NCBI GenBank assembly: GCA_039589875.1
Contig: JBDHGL010000017.1
Coordinates: forward strand, 5,875-69,874
Reading direction: 5' to 3'
Length of the DNA: 64,000 nt
Source: Gemmatimonadota bacterium
GTDB taxonomy: Bacteria > Gemmatimonadota > Gemmatimonadetes > Palauibacterales > Palauibacteraceae
The notes under the pieces are model-generated. The model was not told where the DNA came from, ran no database searches, and worked only from the letters and a program-made list of their open reading frames with translations. Below are positions 1 to 9,709 of this stretch, piece after piece. Each line of letters starts with the position of its first letter. Position 1 is the stretch's first letter. The position numbers and the translations under genes are program-made.

Positions 1-1008
1 CCCCTCGGCGGCCTGTTGGCGCTCGGCTTGTCGACCGTGATTTGGAGCGCCGTAGCAGCGGCCAGCTTCGAGTTCGCCCGGGTTTTCCGCGCCTTCGACT
101 ACCGGAGCTTCTTTCGCCGTCTCCTCGGGCCCGCCTGGATCATCTTCGACCTCGCGCAGGTGAGCATCACCCTGCTGGTCACCGCAGTGATCGCGGCGGC
201 GGCCGGCGAGATCTTCGAGGCGGTTTTCTCGCTCCCCTATCGGCTCGGCGTCGTCACGGTAGTCGTATCCATCGCGTATCTCGTGTTCCGCGGAAGCTCC
301 ACGATCGAACGCGTCTTCGCCGCCTGGTCCGGCGTGCTCTACCTGGTCTTCATAGTGCTGTTCGTCTGGTCGTTTCGGGAGTTCGGCGGCGACATCGTGA
401 ACGCCTTCCGCTCCCATCGAAACACCGAGGGATGGATCATTGGCGGCCTGAGCTACGCCGGTTACAACGTCTCGGTAGTGCCGCTCATTCTGTACGTCGT
501 CAGGCACCAAGAGTCGCGCAGGGAATCGGTGACCGCCGGGCTCCTGGCCGGCCCGATCGCGATCTTCCCCGGCTTCCTTTTCTTCATCGCACTTTGTGGG
601 CAGTACCCGGCGATACTCGAACGCGCCATTCCGGTGGAGATGATCCTCGAGCTTCTTGGCTCTCGAGCCTATCGGTTGACCTATCAGATCGTCCTCTTCG
701 GCACCCTCATCGAGACGGGCGCGGGGATGATCCACGCGATCAACGACCGGATCGCCGGAGCCTTCGAAGAACGACGCCGACCGATGCCGCCGGCAGCCCG
801 GCCGGTCGTGGCGTTTCTCTTCCTGGGAACCGCCGCGGGCCTTTCGCGGTTTGGACTGATCGATCTGATCGCGCGCGGGTATGGATCGCTCACCTGGGTG
901 TTTCTGGCTGCGTTCGTCCTCCCTGTACTCACCTGGGGAGTCTTTCTGTCTCGTCAGACGACCGCGCGACCGCCAACCGAAGGAGACCGAGCGGCCGGAG
1001 AATCCTGA
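1..1008 (+). CDS. polytopic integral membrane protein, 5' end probably outside the window (frame is open to position 1; first in-window start candidate is TTG at 16)
   Basis: 330-aa translation with multiple hydrophobic helices; no recognisable catalytic motif; reading frame has no stop upstream to the window edge. Confidence 0.55.
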   Translation, partial: PLGGLLALGLSTVIWSAVAAASFEFARVFRAFDYRSFFRRLLGPAWIIFDLAQVSITLLVTAVIAAAAGEIFEAVFSLPYRLGVVTVVVSIAYLVFRGSSTIERVFAAWSGVLYLVFIVLFVWSFREFGGDIVNAFRSHRNTEGWIIGGLSYAGYNVSVVPLILYVVRHQESRRESVTAGLLAGPIAIFPGFLFFIALCGQYPAILERAIPVEMILELLGSRAYRLTYQIVLFGTLIETGAGMIHAINDRIAGAFEERRRPMPPAARPVVAFLFLGTAAGLSRFGLIDLIARGYGSLTWVFLAAFVLPVLTWGVFLSRQTTARPPTEGDRAAGES

Positions 1009-1145
1009 CGAACCGCCGCCGCGTGTGGAGATCCCGCTTGTCCGGTCTGGGGCGCATCGGGTAGTTTGGCCGCCCCGGCGGAACGGCTCGAGCGTCCGTT
1101 GGCCGGGCCGTACGGGAGCACTTTTCCAATCGAAACGAGGGTCCA

Positions 1146-1934
1146 ATGGCTGATAAGCTCATCGACTACGAAGCGCAGGACGGGATCGGCATCATCACGA
1201 TGGACGACCCTCCGGCCAATACCTACACGCACGACATGATGCGCCAGATGGATGATGCCATCCTGGAGGCGCGCTTCGACGAGGCCGTTCACGTCATCCT
1301 GATCCGCGGCGCCGGCGAGAAGTTCTTCTCCGCCGGAGCCAACATCGGCATGCTTCAGACGGCAAACCCGTACTTCAAGTACTACTTCTGCCTGCACGCC
1401 AACGAGACGCTGAACCGTCTCGAGCAGACGCCGAAGATCGTCATCGGTGCGCTGAATGGGCACACCGTGGGCGGAGGGCTCGAGATCGCCCTCGCCTGCG
1501 ACCTCCGCGTCGCCAAGAAGGGCGGCGGCAAGATCGGTCTTCCGGAGGTCACGCTCGGCGTGCTCCCGGGCACGGGCGGCACGCAGCGACTCGGCCGCAT
1601 GCTGGGCAAGTCCAAGTCGATCGAGCTGATGGCCACGGGCCGCACCTTCGAGTTCGAAGAAGCGCTCGACCTCGGTATCGTCAACCAGGTGCTGGACGGC
1701 GAGGACTTCATGGCCGAAGCGATGGAGTATGCCCGGCAGTTCGCGCCGCCGGGGAAAGCGTCGAAGGCGGTCGGACGGATCAAGCGCGCGGTGTGCAGCG
1801 GCATCGAGGTGCCTTTCTCAGAGGGCCTCGCGATCGAACGGGAGATGCAGCAGCAGCTCTTCGAGTCGGCCGACGCTCGCGAAGGGCTGGACGCCTACGT
1901 CGAGAAGCGTAAGCCGGAGTTCGCCGGCCGCTGA
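1146..1934 (+). CDS. enoyl-CoA hydratase/isomerase (crotonase family)
   Basis: 262 aa; crotonase-fold motifs (..ILIRGAGEKFFSAGANI.., GHTVGGGLEIALACDLRVA). Confidence 0.9.
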   Translation: MADKLIDYEAQDGIGIITMDDPPANTYTHDMMRQMDDAILEARFDEAVHVILIRGAGEKFFSAGANIGMLQTANPYFKYYFCLHANETLNRLEQTPKIVIGALNGHTVGGGLEIALACDLRVAKKGGGKIGLPEVTLGVLPGTGGTQRLGRMLGKSKSIELMATGRTFEFEEALDLGIVNQVLDGEDFMAEAMEYARQFAPPGKASKAVGRIKRAVCSGIEVPFSEGLAIEREMQQQLFESADAREGLDAYVEKRKPEFAGR

Positions 1935-2064
1935 GCTTCGCCCAACCCACATCTTTCCGCGGGTTAACCGCTCGTCTTCGAGGCGGGCGGCCCGCCGGAC
2001 ATGCCGGTAGGAAACGCTCCGGCCGCGGCTCTTCGATCCGTGGCCGAGCTCAAAGGAGATCGTC

Positions 2065-3540
2065 ATGGCGGAAGCGACGTTGACGCGCTCGGTGCCGGAT
2101 ATCCTGGCCCCGGGCCGATTGTTCATCGGCGGCGAGTGGCAGGACGCCGGAAGCGGCCAAACCTTCGAGGTAGTGGACCCGGCACGCGCCGAAGTGGTGA
2201 CCGAGGTCGCCGAAGGAGATGCCGACGACGTCGACCGAGCGGTCCGCGCAGCCCGGGAGGCGTTCGAGGGCTCCTGGCAGCAGACCAGCCCTCGGGAGCG
2301 CGGCCGCCTGCTCTTCAAGCTCGCCGAGCGCCTGGAGGAGCGGAAGAAGGAGATCGCGACGGCCGAGACCCTGAACAACGGGAAGCCGTTGTTCGAGAGC
2401 GGAATCGACGTCGCAATGGCGATCCAGACCTTCGAGTACTATGCCGGCTGGGCGACCAAGATCGAGGGCGAGACGATCCCGGTCTCGGTCCCGTTCCAAT
2501 TCAACTACACGCTGCGCGAGCCGGTCGGCGTGGTCGGCGCGATCGTACCCTGGAACTTCCCGCTGAACCTGGCTTCATGGAAAGTGGCGCCGGCCCTCGC
2601 GGCCGGCTGCACCGTAGTCCTGAAGCCCGCCACCGAGACGCCGCTCACCGCGCTCCTTCTCGCCGACGCGGCCGCGGAGGTCGGCTTTCCGCCCGGCGTG
2701 CTCAATGTCGTTCCCGGCCACGGCTCGACGGCAGGCGAAGCGCTCGTTGCTCACCCCGGAGTGGACAAGATCGCGTTCACCGGCTCGACATCCGTCGGCC
2801 AGAGGATCGCCAGGACGGCCGCCGAGACGGTTAAGCGTGTCTCGCTCGAGTTGGGCGGCAAGAGCCCGAACATCGTCTTCGCCGACGCCAACCTGAAGTA
2901 CGCCGCCAAGGGTGCGTTGAGCGGGATCTTCTACGGAAAAGGCGAGGTGTGCGCGGCCGGCAGCCGGCTGCTCGTGGAGAGCAGCGCCCATCCAGAGCTC
3001 GTCGGGATGGTGGCGGAAGGGGCGAACCAGATGAAGGTCGGCGACCCGTTCGAGAAGGACACCCGGATCGGCGCGGTGGTCTCGGAGAAGCAGATGGAGA
3101 CCGTCCTCGGCTACATCGACAAGGGCGTCGAAGAGGGTGGCCGAGTGGTGGCCGGGGGAGGACGGGCCGACATCCGGCCGGGCTACTTCGTCCAGCCCAC
3201 CGTCTTCGATGATGTGACGCCCGAGATGACGATCGCCCGGGAGGAGATCTTCGGGCCGGTGCTCGCGACGCTCACGTTCGACGACGTGGACGGCGCGATC
3301 GAACAGGCCAACGACTCTCCCTACGGCCTGGCCGCCGCGGTCTGGACAAGCGACGTGAAGAAGGCGCACTACGTGGCGTCGCGTCTCAAGGCCGGCACCG
3401 TCTGGATCAATACGTACAATCTGTACGACCCGGCGAGTCCGTTCGGCGGCTACAAGGAGAGCGGGTACGGCCGTGACCTCGGGCGTCACGCGCTCGACCT
3501 CTACACGCAGACGAAATCGGTATGGGTAAACCTCAGGTGA
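2065..3540 (+). CDS. NAD(P)-dependent aldehyde dehydrogenase
   Basis: 491 aa; ALDH family layout with catalytic-Cys region ([17 protein letters not shown]) and Glu motif; AAGGAG RBS 6 nt upstream of ATG. Confidence 0.9.
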   Translation: MAEATLTRSVPDILAPGRLFIGGEWQDAGSGQTFEVVDPARAEVVTEVAEGDADDVDRAVRAAREAFEGSWQQTSPRERGRLLFKLAERLEERKKEIATAETLNNGKPLFESGIDVAMAIQTFEYYAGWATKIEGETIPVSVPFQFNYTLREPVGVVGAIVPWNFPLNLASWKVAPALAAGCTVVLKPATETPLTALLLADAAAEVGFPPGVLNVVPGHGSTAGEALVAHPGVDKIAFTGSTSVGQRIARTAAETVKRVSLELGGKSPNIVFADANLKYAAKGALSGIFYGKGEVCAAGSRLLVESSAHPELVGMVAEGANQMKVGDPFEKDTRIGAVVSEKQMETVLGYIDKGVEEGGRVVAGGGRADIRPGYFVQPTVFDDVTPEMTIAREEIFGPVLATLTFDDVDGAIEQANDSPYGLAAAVWTSDVKKAHYVASRLKAGTVWINTYNLYDPASPFGGYKESGYGRDLGRHALDLYTQTKSVWVNLR

Positions 3541-4751
3541 ACGATCGCGACCCCGTCGTCATCGGCGCCGTGCGGACGCCTGTGGGCCGGCACGGCGGTG
3601 CCCTGTCCGGCGTTCGGCCGGACGACCTCCTGGCCATCGCGATTCGAGCTCTCGTGGACCGGACGGGGGTTCCAGCGGACCGGGTTGAGGACGTGATCGC
3701 GGGCGCAGCGAACCAGGCAGGAGAAGACAACCGGAATGTCGCCCGTATGGCCGGCCTCCTCGCCGGACTGCCGATCGAAGTGGCCGGACAAACCGTGAAC
3801 CGTCTTTGTGGGTCCGGTCTTCAGGCCATCGTTTCGGCCGGCCACGCGATCCGGGCGGGCGAGGGGGATGTGTTCATCGCCGGCGGCGTGGAGAGCATGT
3901 CCAGGGCTCCGTGGGTGATGCTCAAGCCCGCTGCCGGATTCTCGCGGGTGCCCCCACCGACGGCCGATACGACCGTCGGCTGGCGGTTCATCAACCCGAA
4001 GATGCCGGAGGAGTGGACCATATCGCTCGGCGAGACGGCGGAGGTCGTGGCCGACGAGCATGGAGTCACTCGGGAAGAGCAGGACGCCTTCGCGCTGGAG
4101 AGTCAGCGACGGACGGCGAGAGCGATGGAAGAGGACCGATTCGCGGCGGAGATCGTCCCGGTCGAAGTGCCACAGCGAAAAGGCGACCCACTCGTCGTGA
4201 ACCGCGATGAGCACCCGAGGCCCGAGGTCACCTCGGAAGGGCTCGGAAAGCTCCGGCCGGCGTTTCGCAAAGGCGGCACGGTCACGGCCGGTTCCGCGTC
4301 GGGAATCAACGACGGCGCTGCCGCGGTGCTCCTCACCAGCCGTGAGGTTGCGCGCGAGCTCGGCCTCCAGCCGATGGCGCGGCTCGTTGCCTCAGCCGTC
4401 GCGGGCGTGGATCCGTCGCGGATGGGGATCGGCCCCGTACCGGCAACCCGGAAAGCTCTGGAGCGGGCGGGGCTCACCGTGGCGGACCTGGACCTGGTCG
4501 AGCTGAACGAGGCTTTCGCGGCGCAGGCGCTACCCTGCATTCGGGAGCTTGGGCTCGATCCGGAGAAGGTGAACGTGAACGGAGGCGCGATCGCGCTCGG
4601 ACACCCGCTTGGATGCACCGGTGCCAAGCTGTTCACGACGCTCGTGCACGAGCTGGATCGACGGGACGACCGGACCGGCCTCGTCACCATGTGCATCGGC
4701 GTGGGCCAGGGGATCGCCACCCTGGTGCACCGCGAGTCATCGGACGGATGA
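3522..4751 (+). CDS. acetyl-CoA C-acyltransferase (thiolase II, PcaF/PaaJ-like)
   Basis: 409 aa; thiolase N- and C-terminal signatures ([29 protein letters not shown]); 19-nt overlap with upstream ALDH. Confidence 0.9.
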   Translation: MGKPQVNDRDPVVIGAVRTPVGRHGGALSGVRPDDLLAIAIRALVDRTGVPADRVEDVIAGAANQAGEDNRNVARMAGLLAGLPIEVAGQTVNRLCGSGLQAIVSAGHAIRAGEGDVFIAGGVESMSRAPWVMLKPAAGFSRVPPPTADTTVGWRFINPKMPEEWTISLGETAEVVADEHGVTREEQDAFALESQRRTARAMEEDRFAAEIVPVEVPQRKGDPLVVNRDEHPRPEVTSEGLGKLRPAFRKGGTVTAGSASGINDGAAAVLLTSREVARELGLQPMARLVASAVAGVDPSRMGIGPVPATRKALERAGLTVADLDLVELNEAFAAQALPCIRELGLDPEKVNVNGGAIALGHPLGCTGAKLFTTLVHELDRRDDRTGLVTMCIGVGQGIATLVHRESSDG

Positions 4752-5626
4752 GCGAGGATAACGGCGTGAACGACGAAGCCCGCATCCTGGTCTCCGTGGA
4801 CGGAGCCGTCGGCACACTGACGCTCAACCGCCCGGAGAAGCTCAACTCCTTCGTCGACACCATGCGTGACGAGCTGGCTGAGGGGCTGGAGAGCCTCGCT
4901 CGGGACGATCGCGTGCGCGCGGTGATCGTAACCGGCCGCGGCCGGGCTTTCTGTACCGGAGCGGACATCCGCTACCTGTCCGAGATGGTCGAAAGCGACC
5001 GGTCGGAGGAGTTTCGCAGCCTCGTCGAGGCGGGGCGGCGAGTGGTCTTGACGATCGCCGAGATGCCCAAGCCGGTCATCGCTGCGATCAACGGCCCGGC
5101 CGCTGGAGGAGGCGCCAATCTGGCGCTGGCCTGCGATCTCAGATGGGCCTCCGATCGGGCATCGATCGGCCAGACGTTCAGCAATATCGGGCTGCACCCC
5201 GACTGGGGGGGAGCCTACTTCGTCCCCCGCCTCGTGGGACCGGCGCGCGCCGCCGAGCTCTTTTTCCTCGGGGAAATGGTGGATGCGCAGACGGCCCTGG
5301 AGATCGGACTGTTGAACCGCGTCGTGCCGCACGACGATCTGATGGATGACGTTCGACAGTTGGCGGAACGCCTTGTTGCCCGACCCGCTCTGGCCGTTCG
5401 GCTGGCGAAGCAGGCGGTTCGACGGAGCCTGGCAGCCGACATCGAGGAGATGCTGCAATACGAACTCGAGGCACAGGCGGCATGCTTCCGCACCGCCGAC
5501 GCCCTCGAGGGAACCCGGGCGTTTCTGGAGAAGAGAGCTCCCCGGTTCGGCGGTCGCTCGGCCGAAGAAGCTTCAGGCGAGAAAGATCTCGCCGCCGCAG
5601 CCGCCGCCGCGGACGAGGCGCGATGA
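4748..5626 (+). CDS. enoyl-CoA hydratase/isomerase
   Basis: Crotonase fold ([37 protein letters not shown]); ATG overlaps thiolase stop (ATGA); track ORF 4613 has a spurious N-extension. Confidence 0.85.
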   Translation: MSEDNGVNDEARILVSVDGAVGTLTLNRPEKLNSFVDTMRDELAEGLESLARDDRVRAVIVTGRGRAFCTGADIRYLSEMVESDRSEEFRSLVEAGRRVVLTIAEMPKPVIAAINGPAAGGGANLALACDLRWASDRASIGQTFSNIGLHPDWGGAYFVPRLVGPARAAELFFLGEMVDAQTALEIGLLNRVVPHDDLMDDVRQLAERLVARPALAVRLAKQAVRRSLAADIEEMLQYELEAQAACFRTADALEGTRAFLEKRAPRFGGRSAEEASGEKDLAAAAAAADEAR

Positions 5627-6162
5627 GGGAGGACGGCGGGCTGCGCGAAGCGACCGAGAGCGACCTCGATGAGCTGGTTGCTCTGTGGATCCATTACATC
5701 CGGGACCACCGGCACAACCCCGCCTACAACCGCGTGGCGCGTACCGGGTTCGTGAGTCGGCGAGCCGCGTTCGCGAACGACATCAGCGACGAAGCGGCGG
5801 CCGTTTTCGTGGTGGCGAGGGAGGATGGCGGTTTGGATGGCATGATCACGTGCCGGACCGAGGGGAACCTGCCCTACTTCCAGCCGCACCGGATCGGCCG
5901 GATCCAAACGCCCTATGTCCGGCCCGACGCCCGCAAGAAGGGTAATCTGAAGAAGCTGTTGACGGCCGCGTACCGGTGGGCACGCGAGCGGGAACTCCTC
6001 GAAGTCCGGCTGTATGTCGGTGCCGACAACGTCCTGGCCAACGTGATCGCCGAGGAGCTCGGATTCGACGCCGTTGGAGTCGTCCGGCGAAAGGCGATCG
6101 ACTGGAGTCGCCCACCGGAGCAACAGATCCGAAAACCGGGGGGACCTGACCATGAACGCTGA
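5623..6162 (+). CDS. GNAT family N-acetyltransferase
   Basis: 179 aa from internal ATG overlapping upstream stop (ATGA); acetyl-CoA binding-like motif (RPDARKKGNLKKLL); N-extended track ORF rejected. Confidence 0.65.
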   Translation: MREDGGLREATESDLDELVALWIHYIRDHRHNPAYNRVARTGFVSRRAAFANDISDEAAAVFVVAREDGGLDGMITCRTEGNLPYFQPHRIGRIQTPYVRPDARKKGNLKKLLTAAYRWARERELLEVRLYVGADNVLANVIAEELGFDAVGVVRRKAIDWSRPPEQQIRKPGGPDHER

Positions 6163-7018
6163 GGGAGCGCCGGGACCGGCACTCGCTGTAATCGGGGCCG
6201 GCACCATGGGACATGGGATAGCTCAGGTGGCGGCGCTGGCGGGCTACGACGTCAGCCTGATCGATGTGAGCGAAGAAGCGCTGGAGAAGGCGCTGGGCCG
6301 GGTCCGCGCTCAGCTCGACAGAGGCGTCGAGCTCGGGAAAGTAGAGCCCGGAGCACGCGACGCGGCCGTCGGCCGGCTCACTGCATCGTCCGATCCCGCT
6401 GCGATGCGCGGGGCCGAGATCGTCGTCGAAGCCGTTCCGGAGATCATCGACCTCAAGCGCCAGATTCTAGCGAGCGCAGCGGAACGCGTGGACCCGGACA
6501 CCCTCCTCGCAACGAACACCTCTTCCTTGTCGATCACCGCCATTGCGGACGCCGTGCCCGGACCGGAGCGCGTCATCGGCATGCACTTCTTCAACCCGGT
6601 CCACATCATGGAGCTCGTCGAGATCGTGCGCGGAGACCGCACCGGTCCCGACGCTGTCGAACGAGCCCGTGACGTCGCGGAGAAGCTCGGCAAGACGCCG
6701 ATCGTGGTGAGCGACTCACCGGGCTTCGCATCCTCGCGTCTCGGTATCGCCCTGGGTCTGGAAGCGATTCGAATGGTCGAGACCGGCGTGGCCACGGCAG
6801 AGGATATCGATCGGGCGATGGAGCTCGGTTATCGGCATCCCATGGGTCCCTTGCGACTCACGGACCTGGTGGGCCTGGACGTGCGGCTCGAGATCGCCCG
6901 CTACCTGCACCGCGAGCTGGGAGATCGCTTCCAGCCGCCGGAGCTGCTCGAGCGGATGGTGGAGGAAGGAAACCTCGGGAAGAAGGCCGGTCGAGGCTTC
7001 TACGTCTGGCGAGAATGA
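6152..7018 (+). CDS. 3-hydroxyacyl-CoA / 3-hydroxybutyryl-CoA dehydrogenase
   Basis: Rossmann GxGxxG (VIGAGTMGHGIA) plus 3HCDH C-terminal domain (..GFASSRLG.., GPLRLTDLVGLDV). Confidence 0.9.
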   Translation: MNAEGAPGPALAVIGAGTMGHGIAQVAALAGYDVSLIDVSEEALEKALGRVRAQLDRGVELGKVEPGARDAAVGRLTASSDPAAMRGAEIVVEAVPEIIDLKRQILASAAERVDPDTLLATNTSSLSITAIADAVPGPERVIGMHFFNPVHIMELVEIVRGDRTGPDAVERARDVAEKLGKTPIVVSDSPGFASSRLGIALGLEAIRMVETGVATAEDIDRAMELGYRHPMGPLRLTDLVGLDVRLEIARYLHRELGDRFQPPELLERMVEEGNLGKKAGRGFYVWRE

Positions 7019-7062
7019 ATCCGGCGCTCGCAGAGCGCCGGCAGTGATAAGGAGCGATCGAG

Positions 7063-7842
7063 ATGAGTGACGTTCTGCTGAAGGAGAAACTGGACGGCCG
7101 CGTGGCCCTCCTCACCATAAACCGACCCGACAAGCTGAACGCCCTGAACGGCGAGGTTCGCTGCGCCCTGATCGGGGCTCTCGAGGAGTTTCGGACCGAC
7201 GACGATGTCCGAGTCGTCGTGCTGACGGGGGCAGGCGAGAAGGCGTTTATCGCCGGAGCCGACATCGGTGAATTCAAGGACGCGAGGCCGACCGAGCAGT
7301 ATCGGTCCATGCAGGCGGGCAACATCTACTCGGCCATGGAGGCTTTCCCCAAGCCGATCATCGCCATGATTAACGGCTACTGCCTGGGCGGGGGCTGCGA
7401 GCTATCGATGGCCTGCGACATCCGGATCGCCTCGGACCGGGCCCGGATCGGCCAGCCGGAGATCAACCTCGGGCTGATTCCGGGGGGCGGCGGAACCCAG
7501 CGACTGCCGCGCCTCGTCGGCGAGGGCCGCGCCATGAAGATGATTTACACGGGAGAGATGATCTCCGGAGAAGATGCCGGAAGGATCGGCCTGGTCGACG
7601 AGGTCGTCCCGGCAGACGAGCTGAAAGAGCGCACGCTGGAGATCGCCCGCGTGATCGGCTCTCGGTCACCGATCGCACTCCAGGCAGCCAAGGAGAGCAT
7701 CCTGGCGGCCCGCCGCATGCCGATGGACCAGGGCCTGCAGTTCGAGCGGGCCTGGTTCAGCCTGCTCTTCTCGACCAGCGACATGGACGAGGGCGTGAGC
7801 GCCTTCTTGGAGAAGCGACCGGCTGAGTTCACGGGCGATTAG
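7063..7842 (+). CDS. enoyl-CoA hydratase (short-chain crotonase)
   Basis: 259 aa; crotonase motifs (VVVLTGAGEKAFIAGADI, INGYCLGGGCELSMACDIRIA). Confidence 0.9.
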   Translation: MSDVLLKEKLDGRVALLTINRPDKLNALNGEVRCALIGALEEFRTDDDVRVVVLTGAGEKAFIAGADIGEFKDARPTEQYRSMQAGNIYSAMEAFPKPIIAMINGYCLGGGCELSMACDIRIASDRARIGQPEINLGLIPGGGGTQRLPRLVGEGRAMKMIYTGEMISGEDAGRIGLVDEVVPADELKERTLEIARVIGSRSPIALQAAKESILAARRMPMDQGLQFERAWFSLLFSTSDMDEGVSAFLEKRPAEFTGD

Positions 7843-7911
7843 AGAACCCGGACGCCCCGATCCGCATGAATCGCCGCGGAACCGGGCGCTGAAACGGTAA
7901 GGCCTGATAAC

Positions 7912-7946
7912 ACGAAGGCCCCGCCGCCAGCAGGGCCTTCTTTTCG
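7912..7946. terminator. putative bidirectional intrinsic terminator between crotonase (+) and rpmA (-)
   Basis: 8-bp perfect stem GAAGGCCC/GGGCCTTC followed by TTTT on the + strand; sits in a convergent intergenic region. Confidence 0.45.
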
Positions 7947-7975
7947 AAATCCGGTCGCGGGATCGCGCGCCTACC

Positions 7976-8233
7976 TCAAACCTCTGCCAGCACGCTTACC
8001 GTCTTTCGCCCGGCCCGGCCGGTCGAGAACTCCACAACGCCGTCGGCGAGGGCGAACAGCGTGTCATCCCGCCCCCGGCCCACGTTCCGCCCCGGATGGA
8101 TCCGAGTGCCGCGCTGCCGGACGATGATGCTCCCGGCGCTTACAATCTGACCGCCATACCGCTTCACACCGAGGTATTTCGGCTTGCTGTCACGGCCGTT
8201 GCGGCTCGAGCCTACACCCTTCTTATGAGCCAT
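7976..8233 (-). CDS. rpmA: 50S ribosomal protein L27
   Basis: 85 aa, [16 protein letters not shown]... canonical L27 N-terminus. Confidence 0.95.
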   Translation of the reverse strand: MAHKKGVGSSRNGRDSKPKYLGVKRYGGQIVSAGSIIVRQRGTRIHPGRNVGRGRDDTLFALADGVVEFSTGRAGRKTVSVLAEV

Positions 8234-8238
8234 CTGGT

Positions 8239-8814
8239 CTACTCCTCGTCAGCCTGGGCGCGGATCGCCTTCTGTACATCGCCCTTGAGAATACGGCCGC
8301 CGGCGCCCGAACCCTCGATCTTGGTGAGATCGAGCCCGTTTTCCTCGGCGAGCGTCCGCGCGGCATCGGTGATATCGATCTCAGCGGCCGGCGCCTCGGC
8401 CTCCGGCTCGGCCGCTGCCACCACATCCGGTTCAGCTGCCGCCTCGGTGATGACGGCCTCCTCAGCGGCCGGCACCTCTTCCTTCTTGGGCCGAGGCTTC
8501 GCCTTTCCAACCGTGATCTCGGTCACCCGGACCTCCGTGAAGCCCTGCCGATGACCCTGCTTCTTTCGGTAGCCCTTCCGCCGCTTCCGCTTGAACACCA
8601 CTATCTTCTCGCCCTTGCCGTGCCGGACGACTTCCGCGGCGACGGACGCGCCGTCCAGGGACGGCTGGCCGACCTGAATCTGCCCGTTCGTCTCGGCGAG
8701 GAGAACGTCGAACGTGACGGTATCTCCCGGCTCCGCCTTCAGGCGCGGCAGACGAAGGGTCGATTCGGGCTCGGCCCGAAACTGCTTCCCGCTGGCTTCT
8801 ATGATGGCATACAT
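8239..8814 (-). CDS. rplU: 50S ribosomal protein L21 with C-terminal Ala/Pro/Glu linker and peripheral subunit-binding (E3-binding) domain
   Basis: N-terminal ~105 aa is canonical L21 ([17 protein letters not shown]..); residues ~110-150 are an [11 protein letters not shown]-type linker; C-terminus [34 protein letters not shown] matches the PSBD consensus of 2-oxoacid dehydrogenase E2. Confidence 0.9.
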   Translation of the reverse strand: MYAIIEASGKQFRAEPESTLRLPRLKAEPGDTVTFDVLLAETNGQIQVGQPSLDGASVAAEVVRHGKGEKIVVFKRKRRKGYRKKQGHRQGFTEVRVTEITVGKAKPRPKKEEVPAAEEAVITEAAAEPDVVAAAEPEAEAPAAEIDITDAARTLAEENGLDLTKIEGSGAGGRILKGDVQKAIRAQADEE

Positions 8815-9125
8815 GCAGTCGATCTCTTGGCTTTGACGAATTTACGAAAGCCCACAAAGCTAGTCGGCCCATCTGCGGCGGTCAACTTCACCTCGTGACC
8901 GAGCCGTTGCGGCGAGCCGCACTCATCTACAGCGGGAACCGTTGCTCGTTCCGCTCCTCGTTACGCGGCCTCCTGGTCGCAGGACCGGGCAAGATTCGGC
9001 ACTTCCGAAGGCTCGAACCCAACGCCTCGGAAATCCCGTATGGAAAAGGAGGGTGGCTTCCCGCGGGCCCAGCCAGGCAGGACGGACCGACCGCTCAATC
9101 GACCGACTGACAGAGAGATGAAACG

Positions 9126-9698
9126 ATGGAGATGTTTTTAGCCCTGATCCTCGGTGTCGGCCTATCCGCCGCCGCGGGGTTTCGCGTGTTCGTTCCTCTG
9201 CTCGGCATGAGCATCGCCGCGCAAAGCGGCCATCTCGAGCTCGCCGCCGGGTTCACCTGGCTGGCCAACCCGATCGTGACGGTCGCCCTCGGTCTGGCCA
9301 CCGTGCTCGAGATCGGAGCCTACTTCATTCCGTGGCTGGACAACGCGCTGGACACCGTCGCCACGCCCGCGGCCGTCGTGGCGGGTACGGTGATGACGGC
9401 CTCTCTGGTTGGTGACATGTCGCCGTTCCTCCGTTGGGGGCTCGCCGCCATCGCAGGTGGCAGCGTCGCCGGAGCGGTGCAGGGGGCCACGGTCGTGGCG
9501 CGGGGAACGTCCTCGCTGACGACCGCCGGCCTCGGCAACCCGCTCCTCGCCCTGACCGAGCTTTCGGCCTCGGCCGCCATTACGGTTCTGGCGATCGCGC
9601 TGCCCCTGGTCGCGCTCGCCCTGGTGGCGGTCGCCCTGCTGGCGATGCCGATGCGAAGACAGCGAAGACGAGCGCTGCCCGCCTATGGCCCTGGCTAG
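9126..9698 (+). CDS. DUF4126-like integral membrane protein
   Basis: 190 aa, 5-6 predicted TM helices, Gly/Ala-rich; RBS-like GAGAGA upstream. Confidence 0.6.
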   Translation: MEMFLALILGVGLSAAAGFRVFVPLLGMSIAAQSGHLELAAGFTWLANPIVTVALGLATVLEIGAYFIPWLDNALDTVATPAAVVAGTVMTASLVGDMSPFLRWGLAAIAGGSVAGAVQGATVVARGTSSLTTAGLGNPLLALTELSASAAITVLAIALPLVALALVAVALLAMPMRRQRRRALPAYGPG

Positions 9699-9709
9699 CT
9701 ACAGGGAGG

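Noticed and set aside
4613-6162. N-terminally extended track ORFs (4613, 5482, 6074, 21333, 42887, 50459 starts)
   Set aside because: The extensions are Arg-rich read-through of the preceding gene's 3' end; internal ATG/GTG starts give ATGA-type couplings and ortholog-like N-termini
1146-7842. Calling the cluster a phenylacetate (paa) catabolic operon
   Set aside because: No PaaABCDE oxygenase, PaaK ligase or PaaZ-type MaoC fusion is present; only generic beta-oxidation families were seen
9005-9045. tRNA-like GGTTCGAGCC (T-arm-like) on the - strand upstream of rplU
   Set aside because: No acceptor stem, D-arm or anticodon arm could be built around it
8895-9110. 71-aa + strand ORF in the rplU upstream region
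   Set aside because: Low-complexity Arg/Ser/Gly composition, no RBS, lies within the likely rplU 5' leader on the opposite strand
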